NCBI GenBank assembly: GCA_964609665.1
Contig: CAZSTV010000004.1
Coordinates: 23,735-66,563, forward strand
Direction: 5' to 3'
Length of the DNA stretch: 42,829 nucleotides
From: an uncultured Acidimicrobiaceae bacterium
GTDB lineage: Bacteria; Actinomycetota; Acidimicrobiia; Acidimicrobiales; SZUA-35
The notes beneath the pieces were generated by a model. The model did not search any database and was not told where the DNA came from. It saw nothing but the letters and a program-made list of their open reading frames with translations. The position numbers and the translations under genes were made by a program. The number at the start of each line of letters is the position of its first letter. Positions within the stretch are counted from its first letter, which is position 1. Positions 36,266 through 42,829 of the stretch are shown in pieces.

Positions 36266-38698
36266 TTAGGCGGCAGGTTCCAGCGCAAGCTCCAGCAGCC
36301 GGTCGACGTCGCCGACCAGTTCTATGGTCATGGCATCTCGGACATCTTCGGGGATGTCCTCAACGTCACGGCCGTTGTCTGCGGGCAGAAGCACCGTGGT
36401 GAGGCCGGCCCTGTGGGCGGCCAACACCTTCTGCTTCACCCCACCGATGGGAAGGACCCGACCCTGCAGCGTGACCTCGCCGGTCATGGCAAGGTCTGAC
36501 CGCACCTTGCGGCCCGTCAGGAGGCTGACGAGCGCGGTGGTCATGGTGACACCGGCTGACGGACCGTCCTTCGGCACCGCTCCGGCCGGGAAGTGGACGT
36601 GGATCCGCTTGCCGTCCGCCATGGTGAAGCCAAGCTTCTCGCCCTTGCTTGAGACCAGCGATCTGACGATCGTTGCCGACTCTTTCATCACGTCACCGAG
36701 CTGTCCGGTCAAGATGGTGTCGCCCTCACCGTCGACCAGCGCCGTCTCAACAAACAGGACATCTCCTCCGGCGCCGGTGACCGCTAGACCGGTGGCGATG
36801 CCCGGCCGGTCGATGCGGTCGGTGACCTGCTCCTCTGGGATGGGCTTGCCGAGCAGGTCGGCCAGGTCGTCGTCGGTGATGACGAAGGTCTCGGGCGCAG
36901 CGTCGGTTTCTTGTTCCTGTCCAGGCTCGGCGTCCTGGCTCTGCTCGAACTCGTCAAGCGCTCGGCTGGCGATCTTCGTCGCCGTCTTTCGTAGCGCTTT
37001 GTCGATCTGGCGCTCGAGGCGCCGAACGCCGGCTTCTCTGGTGTAGCGGGAGGCGATGCCCGCCAGCGCTTCATCGACGATCTCCACCTCGTCGGGGCGA
37101 AGGCCGTTTCGCTTGAGCAGTCGGGGTAGCAGATGGTCCCTAGCGATGGCCGTCTTCTCCACCTCGGTGTAACCGTCAACGGTGATCAGCTCCAAGCGGT
37201 CGAGCAGCGGACCGGGAATGGTGTCGATCACGTTGGCGGTGGCGATGAAGACAACGTCGGACAGGTCCAACTCGAACTCCAGGTAGTGGTCCCGGAACGA
37301 GTGGTTCTGGGCCGGGTCGAGGACCTCGAGCAGCGCAGCTGAAGGATCTCCCTGCCAGCCGCCACTGACCTTGTCCACCTCGTCAAGTAGGATCACCGGG
37401 TTCATCGACCCGGCTTCCTGAAGGGCGGAGACGAGACGTCCGGGCCTGGCGCCGACGTAGGTCCGGCGGTGGCCACGAATCTCGGCCTCGTCTCGGATAC
37501 CGCCGAGGGCAAGACGCACGAACTTGCGTCCAAGCGATCGGGCGACCGACTCGCCGAGCGAGGTCTTGCCAACGCCGGGAGGCCCGACCAGGGCCAGGAT
37601 GACGCCACCTCGGCGATGGGTTGGCTCGTCGTCGATTTCTCGTTCGCTGCGGAGCTTTCGCACCGCGAGGTGTTCGACCAGGCGGTCCTTTACCTCGTCG
37701 AGTCCGGTGTGGTCGGCGTCGAGGATCTCTCGGGCCTCGACCAGGTCAAGCCGCTCCGCTGAGCGTTCGGTCCAGGGGATCTCAAACACCGAGTCAAGCC
37801 ACGTCCGGATCCAGTTGGCTTCCATCGACTCGTTGCCTGTGCGCTCCAGCCGGTCGACCTCTTTGCCGATTGCCTCAGCGGTAGCGTCAGTGATGGCGGC
37901 GGCACCGACCAAGTCGTCAAGCTTGAGTCGGTACTCGGCAACGACGTCGCCACCGCCTTCGTCGAGCTCGGTTTGAATTGCGGCCATCTGACGACGGAGG
38001 ATTGCCTCCCGCTGGGATGACTCAAGGTCTTCGGAGACGTCGCGCTGGATCTTCTCCCGAATCTCGAATTCTGCGAGGGCATCCTTCACCCACTCGGTGG
38101 CGATGCTGAGTCGCTCTTTGACGTCAACGGTTTCCAGCAGTTCGATCCGCTGGTCCATCGACAGGTCGGGCCAGTACGCGATGGAGTCGGCGAGGGGCCC
38201 CGGCTGTTCCACCGATGGGAGCGCACCGACCATTCGTCGGCCGCCGACGCGGTCCAGCAGGTTGGTGGCCGCGGCACGGTAGGTGGAGGCAAGCGATGTG
38301 GTCTCGCGGTCGGGCGTTGGCTCATCGATGGCGTGAGCGGCAACCCAAAGTCCGTTGGTGGCTCCGACCACGCCCGAGCCGACTCGGGCTCGAGCGTGGG
38401 CGCGCAGCGTGACGGTGGGGGATCCGTCGGGGAGCGCGTCCTGGTTTTCGACGGTGGCGATGACGCCAACGCGGGCGTACACCCCGTCGATGCGTGGGAC
38501 CAGGAGGAGCCGACCGTCTTGGACCGCAGCAAGGATTTGCTGGGCCTCGGTCGATTGCATGGTCACGGTGACGACCATGTCGGGGAAGATCACCCCGTCG
38601 GGCAGGGGGAGGACGGGGAGTTGGTGGGTAACGCCAGATTCGGCACCCGAATCATCGGTCCGAGCGTCACCGGTATCTGGAAAGTCTGTTGCTGGCAT
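36266..38698 (-). CDS. lon: ATP-dependent Lon protease (LonA)
   Basis: LPVLPL, Walker A GPPGVGKT, EIRGHRRTYVGA, LLDEVDK, PKDGPSAG (Ser), PIGGVKQK (Lys). Confidence 0.98.
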   Translation of the reverse strand: MPATDFPDTGDARTDDSGAESGVTHQLPVLPLPDGVIFPDMVVTVTMQSTEAQQILAAVQDGRLLLVPRIDGVYARVGVIATVENQDALPDGSPTVTLRAHARARVGSGVVGATNGLWVAAHAIDEPTPDRETTSLASTYRAAATNLLDRVGGRRMVGALPSVEQPGPLADSIAYWPDLSMDQRIELLETVDVKERLSIATEWVKDALAEFEIREKIQRDVSEDLESSQREAILRRQMAAIQTELDEGGGDVVAEYRLKLDDLVGAAAITDATAEAIGKEVDRLERTGNESMEANWIRTWLDSVFEIPWTERSAERLDLVEAREILDADHTGLDEVKDRLVEHLAVRKLRSEREIDDEPTHRRGGVILALVGPPGVGKTSLGESVARSLGRKFVRLALGGIRDEAEIRGHRRTYVGARPGRLVSALQEAGSMNPVILLDEVDKVSGGWQGDPSAALLEVLDPAQNHSFRDHYLEFELDLSDVVFIATANVIDTIPGPLLDRLELITVDGYTEVEKTAIARDHLLPRLLKRNGLRPDEVEIVDEALAGIASRYTREAGVRRLERQIDKALRKTATKIASRALDEFEQSQDAEPGQEQETDAAPETFVITDDDLADLLGKPIPEEQVTDRIDRPGIATGLAVTGAGGDVLFVETALVDGEGDTILTGQLGDVMKESATIVRSLVSSKGEKLGFTMADGKRIHVHFPAGAVPKDGPSAGVTMTTALVSLLTGRKVRSDLAMTGEVTLQGRVLPIGGVKQKVLAAHRAGLTTVLLPADNGRDVEDIPEDVRDAMTIELVGDVDRLLELALEPAA

Positions 38699-38746
38699 GT
38701 TCGACGAGTCTCCTAAGAGGTACTACCAAGTTGAATCGAATTACTT

Positions 38747-38760
38747 GATTACATGTAATC
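38747..38760. promoter_or_regulatory. Perfect 14-bp palindrome in the AT-rich divergent promoter region
   Basis: GATTACATGTAATC, followed by an extra TGTAAT half-site. Confidence 0.65.
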
Positions 38761-38875
38761 GCTGTAATATTCTCAACACCAGCAACCGGCCGTGCATTCC
38801 CACCCGGTCTCAATTTCGTCGGCAATTTTCGCCGTCGTTCGTGAACGGCCGTGAACGTACTGAAGGAGCCCCTTT

Positions 38876-39394
38876 GTGAGCGAACGTCCAATCTGTGATG
38901 AGGCCGAGACAGCGGCGGGGTTTGCCGGCCGCATCCCCGATGACTGGTTCCCGGAGCCGGTCCAGGTCATGGCCGATCGCGATGAAATTCTGGTGTTCGG
39001 GACGCTTTCCACCCCGTCTTCGGCCCCGGAGGGCGATGACGCCGCCCGGGTTGCGGCAACCGCTCGGATCTCCGGCTTTCGAGAAGAGACCCGGCTCAGC
39101 CGCATGAAGATTGCCGAGGCGGCGCAAAGCCGTTGGGGTCGAGCCGTGTCCTGGGTGGCGATCTGTGGCCCGGTGGAGATTCGATTCACCACGGCATCGG
39201 TCCCGGTTATGACCAGGCTCCGCTACGAGCAACGTCAGGTTCTCGACACGCTCATCGACTCAGGCGTTGTTCGCAGCCGCTCCGAGGGTTTGGCCTGGTG
39301 CGTGCAACAGGTGGGGGAGCATCAGGGCGAGTGGATCGACCGGCTCAAGGAAGCGATGAGCGAGGTTGAGCGCATTCGCAGCCAGGGACCCTAA
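38876..39394 (+). CDS. Conserved-looking hypothetical protein with C-terminal ribbon-helix-helix-like segment
   Basis: SD GAAGGAG; VPVMTRL...RQVLDTLIDSGVVRSRSEGLAWCV. Confidence 0.75.
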   Translation: MSERPICDEAETAAGFAGRIPDDWFPEPVQVMADRDEILVFGTLSTPSSAPEGDDAARVAATARISGFREETRLSRMKIAEAAQSRWGRAVSWVAICGPVEIRFTTASVPVMTRLRYEQRQVLDTLIDSGVVRSRSEGLAWCVQQVGEHQGEWIDRLKEAMSEVERIRSQGP

Positions 39395-39414
39395 CCCCGA
39401 CGACTAGTCCAGTA

Positions 39415-40011
39415 CTAGCCCCTGGCTGACGTCACCCACCGGTCGTAGCGGCCAACATCAATCCAGGCTCCCGTTCGCTCCGCGAAGTCTCGAGCCGCGG
39501 GGACCATCAGTTCCAGGTTTCCGTTTCGGGCTGCGGTGGAAGACACGCCGGACGTCAACGACTGATCCACTTCGAGCGTGTGTTCGATGGGGGTCTGCAG
39601 GCCGTCGCGGGGGGCGATGGCAACGGTTGGTAATGTCGCCAGCGCAGCATCGCGAGCCAGCGGGTCATCGCCGTACCAGACCGGGTCTTGAATCTGTAGC
39701 CACTTGTCGGCCCCGACGATAAGCACCTGGTACCCCTCAGCGATGTCCGCAAGCAGCTGAAGTTCGGTCACCCGAAGGTCAAGCCACTCGACGGAAGCAA
39801 CCGCGGCCTGAAGCACCTCGATGCGATGCTCGAACCGGGGATGGGCAACATCCTCTTTTGCCAGCGCAAGCGTGCTGACGGTCAACTCCACGGCAGAGAG
39901 TCCGTGAACCCGACGGGCCGCGTCGGCAATGGCAAGGTGGCCGGTGGTTAGCGGGTTGAACGACCCGGGGTAGACGCCGAGGCGTTCACCGGCATCGGTC
40001 AGCTCAGTCAT
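39415..40011 (-). CDS. HIGH-superfamily nucleotidyltransferase (NadD/CoaD-like)
   Basis: GVYPGSFNPLTTGH, GADK, VSST; start ATG 40011 overlaps the upstream stop. Confidence 0.8.
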   Translation of the reverse strand: MTELTDAGERLGVYPGSFNPLTTGHLAIADAARRVHGLSAVELTVSTLALAKEDVAHPRFEHRIEVLQAAVASVEWLDLRVTELQLLADIAEGYQVLIVGADKWLQIQDPVWYGDDPLARDAALATLPTVAIAPRDGLQTPIEHTLEVDQSLTSGVSSTAARNGNLELMVPAARDFAERTGAWIDVGRYDRWVTSARG

Positions 40012-42829
40012 CGTCGGTTTCACGTTGCTCGATCAGGGCATCGGCCGTGGTTACCAGTTCGGCGAGTTCCCACTCCAGATCGAGGGCCACAGCCGGGGTC
40101 AGCGGCGCCACCGCCGCAACAGCGTGATCGACTAGATCGTCATCGTCGGCTTCATGCTGGTCCCGGCATTGCTGGGCTCGGTCGGTGTCACCCAGGGTTT
40201 CGTAGGCATCTGTCAGCAGGCCATAGGCTCGGTCCCGGTACAGGGTGGCGCCGGTCCGGCGGCCGATCCACACCGTCCGGGCCACCAGATCAACGGCTGC
40301 TTCGGCACGGTCCTCGGTTAGCAGGATCATCGCCAGCACCCCGAACGACGCCGCAGCGCTCGCGATGTCTCCACTCTCTAGCAGCAGTCGGCAGGAGTAG
40401 ACGCAATGGCCCCATGCCTCGTGGTGGCGCTCTGCGCCGACCAGTGCCAACGACAGGTTGCCGGCAGCGGTGGCCTCGGCCCGGCGAAAGCCAATGGAAG
40501 CAGCTCGATCCATGGCGCGATTGAGGCGTTCCAGACATTCATCGAGCGCGCCCTCGTCGAGCGCGACCATAGCCAGGTCGGTCTCGACGTCTGCCGCGAT
40601 TGCCAAGGCGCCGCAGGCGATCAGCTTGTCGAGGGCGAGGGTTAGTTCCTGTCGGGCGGCGGACAGGTCACCGCTCCAAGATTTTGCTGCGCCCAAGTTC
40701 GAGAGTGCGGCCGCAACCCTGGTCTGGTCGCCGAGTCTCTCGGCCACCAGCCGTTGCTGCGTGGCCGCCTCTGCGGCCGCCTCGTACCGGCCGCCATGGG
40801 TGTGCACGATGCTGGCCTTTTCATAGATCCAGTCGCTCGTGGCGTCATCATCGAGTTGGGCTGCCGTGGCCAGCGCATCATCAAGCGTCGCCATGGCTCG
40901 GTCATAGCTTTCGGTCAAGAGCTGCAGCTGAGCCAACGACGCCAGCGCCCGTGGTTTGATCGACGGGGCAGCTGCCGCTTGGTCGAGCATGGCTTCGGCC
41001 AAATCCCAACTTCCGATGTGTTCCAGCGTTGCCGACAGTCGAAACGCCAGCTCGCCGCGATCATCGCCGTCCGCCACCTCGATGGCGCGCTCCAGCCATG
41101 TGATGGCCCGCTGGTTGGCGAAGGCCTGCTGCGCCCGGAATCCGGCTGGCCCAAAGTAGCGCCGGTGCCGATCGACATCATCGGTGAAGCTGAAGTGATG
41201 AGCCAGGTCCTCCACCCTGGTCTCGACATCGGCGCTTGGGAGCCGCTCGATGTGGTGGCCGACGTCGCGGTGAGCCCGAGCCCTCGACGCGTGCGCACTC
41301 GACTCATAGGCGACCTGCCACAGGATTGGACTGGCAAACGAGAACTCGTCCGTGCCGGTCAGCTCCACCAACCGCCGGGTCGAAAGGTCCTCCAAGAGAT
41401 CCAGTCCGGTGACCTCCAGTTCTGAGGCGGTTGCGCCAAACGATCCGAGGAAGTCATCCCGCAGGAAGTGTCGCCCGAGCACGGCGGCCTTGGCCAGCGT
41501 GGCCTGGGTTCGCACCGGAAGCCGGTCGAAGCGGGCCAGGACGATACTGCGAGCGTCGTTTGGCAGTGCGCCGTCGCTGTCCCCGGCAACGCAGTCTGCG
41601 AGCAGTCGCAGTAGTTGCGGGTTGCCGCCGACCCGTTCAACAATCTCAACCAATTGGTCGGACGTGAGCATCAGGGATGCCTTGCGTTCATGGTCTGTCA
41701 CCAGCTCAAGCGCATCGGCATGGTTCAGTTCATCGAGCAGGAGCGACTCCAAGCCGTCCCAGTTGACGATGGTGCTGTCCGGGTAAGCGGCGGCGACCAG
41801 CGCGACCGGTGCTTCGTGAAGCTGTCTGTTTACCCGCTGCAGTAGACGTGATGAGGCCTCATCCAGGTCGTCGGCGTCGTCAACCAGAAGCAGCAATGGC
41901 TGGTCGCCTCCCGCCAGGATCAGATCGGCCAGGGCGGCGTCGACGATCTCAGCCACGGTTCGGGTATCCAACCCCGCCAGCATCTCCAACCGTTCGGTTC
42001 GCCCGAACACGACCTCGCGGGCCAGCGTCGCCAGTTCATCTCGACTTCCGAGGCGCTGCCGGGCGGCCGCCTCGAACTCGCCCGGCCCGGCGTCGGGGGC
42101 CAGCCCCAACAACTCGAGCAGGGCTCTTCGCCACGGTCCATGACTCGTCGCTGCATCGCGGTGACTCAAGCCGATCCGTGCGACCTTGAACCCGAGCGCC
42201 AGCGACATTTCCGCCAGCTCTCGAAGTAACCGGGATTTCCCGAGGCCGGAATCGCCGATGATGACCGCGCCATGACCAGAACCTTCGGCGCCGATCCGAC
42301 CGAGCAGTTCTCGAAACGCTGCAACCGTCGTGGACCTGCCGGTCAGAGGAAGGTCGGTGCCATCGGCGCTGTCCTCGGTCACGGCTTCGAGAACGGCAGA
42401 TCGAACGGGATCGTCCTTGCCCTTCAACTGTCGCTCGACCGGTACCTGAAATCGCAACGCATTGTTCGCCGAGGTGTAGGTCGCCTCGTCGACCAACACC
42501 TGACCTGGTGGTGCCGCGGTCATGAGCCGCGCCGCGGTGTTCACCACGTCGCCCATCAAGGTGTAGCTCCAGCGATCTGGCGCCCCGACTCGGCCACTGA
42601 AACACAGACCGGTTGCCACACCGACGTTGCACGGGATCGCTGAAGTCAGAGTGTCCGCGGCGAAGATGGCGGCCGAGCGTTGACCATCGACGGCCACCGG
42701 TGCGCCAAAAGCTGCCAGCAGGGTTGTGCCCTTGTCTCCGGAGCCGATACTGATGGTTGTCCCTCGATACCGGGCGATTGTTGCGACGGCCAGTTCAAGG
42801 TGCCGGGCGACGTCCGGGTCCTCATAGAT
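40004..42829 (-). CDS. Class III adenylate/guanylate cyclase-AAA(STAND)-TPR protein, 5'-truncated by window end
   Basis: Frame open to 42829; GDKG..LLAAFGAP, YTLMGDVVNTAARLM, LKGK; Walker A GDSGLGKS, Walker B LLLVDDA, GGNP; TPR-like helical C-terminus. Confidence 0.9.
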   Translation of the reverse strand: MYEDPDVARHLELAVATIARYRGTTISIGSGDKGTTLLAAFGAPVAVDGQRSAAIFAADTLTSAIPCNVGVATGLCFSGRVGAPDRWSYTLMGDVVNTAARLMTAAPPGQVLVDEATYTSANNALRFQVPVERQLKGKDDPVRSAVLEAVTEDSADGTDLPLTGRSTTVAAFRELLGRIGAEGSGHGAVIIGDSGLGKSRLLRELAEMSLALGFKVARIGLSHRDAATSHGPWRRALLELLGLAPDAGPGEFEAAARQRLGSRDELATLAREVVFGRTERLEMLAGLDTRTVAEIVDAALADLILAGGDQPLLLLVDDADDLDEASSRLLQRVNRQLHEAPVALVAAAYPDSTIVNWDGLESLLLDELNHADALELVTDHERKASLMLTSDQLVEIVERVGGNPQLLRLLADCVAGDSDGALPNDARSIVLARFDRLPVRTQATLAKAAVLGRHFLRDDFLGSFGATASELEVTGLDLLEDLSTRRLVELTGTDEFSFASPILWQVAYESSAHASRARAHRDVGHHIERLPSADVETRVEDLAHHFSFTDDVDRHRRYFGPAGFRAQQAFANQRAITWLERAIEVADGDDRGELAFRLSATLEHIGSWDLAEAMLDQAAAAPSIKPRALASLAQLQLLTESYDRAMATLDDALATAAQLDDDATSDWIYEKASIVHTHGGRYEAAAEAATQQRLVAERLGDQTRVAAALSNLGAAKSWSGDLSAARQELTLALDKLIACGALAIAADVETDLAMVALDEGALDECLERLNRAMDRAASIGFRRAEATAAGNLSLALVGAERHHEAWGHCVYSCRLLLESGDIASAAASFGVLAMILLTEDRAEAAVDLVARTVWIGRRTGATLYRDRAYGLLTDAYETLGDTDRAQQCRDQHEADDDDLVDHAVAAVAPLTPAVALDLEWELAELVTTADALIEQRETDDD

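Noticed and set aside
38728-38750. HspR HAIR operator upstream of lon
   Set aside because: Only one half-site (GTTGAAT) resembles CTTGAGT-N7-ACTCAAG; the second half does not match at the right spacing
39395-39420. Two CTAG motifs between convergent genes as another stop-codon duplication
   Set aside because: GACTAGTCCAGTACTAGCC shows no clear repeated unit beyond ACTAG

Overview
High-GC actinobacterial chromosomal segment (gene content suggests Acidimicrobiia; this is inference) with about 33 genes and no rRNA, tRNA, CRISPR or IS that I can support. Left part: 3' end of gatA, gatB, an ECF sigma/anti-sigma-like pair, MATE, rhomboid, dienelactone hydrolase, cNMP-patatin, YihY, PhnA, an lldD-NYN-engB operon, acyl-CoA dehydrogenase, a PspC-type two-component module, a second patatin and a lysozyme-like lipoprotein. 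Right part: a tightly coupled 7-gene glycan locus, an orphan form II CoxL-like molybdoenzyme, an orphan Flp/TadG-like pair, lon divergent from an RHH-like gene, a NadD-like nucleotidyltransferase and the 3' part of a cyclase-AAA-TPR (STAND) protein. The best candidate for an undescribed system is the glycan locus (21168-30996). It combines a Wzy/ligase-like protein fused to a phosphoglycosyltransferase, a single fused Alg14/Alg13 (MurG-fold) GT, a MurJ-type flippase, a FemAB-like acyltransferase and an acidic-tailed Wzz-like protein, with a convergent lysozyme-fold lipoprotein. This resembles a lipid-II-like assembly line. Four genes carry single-base lesions (two 1-nt deletions, two in-frame stops), most simply explained as consensus errors. 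All family calls come from motif recognition by eye; no searches were run.
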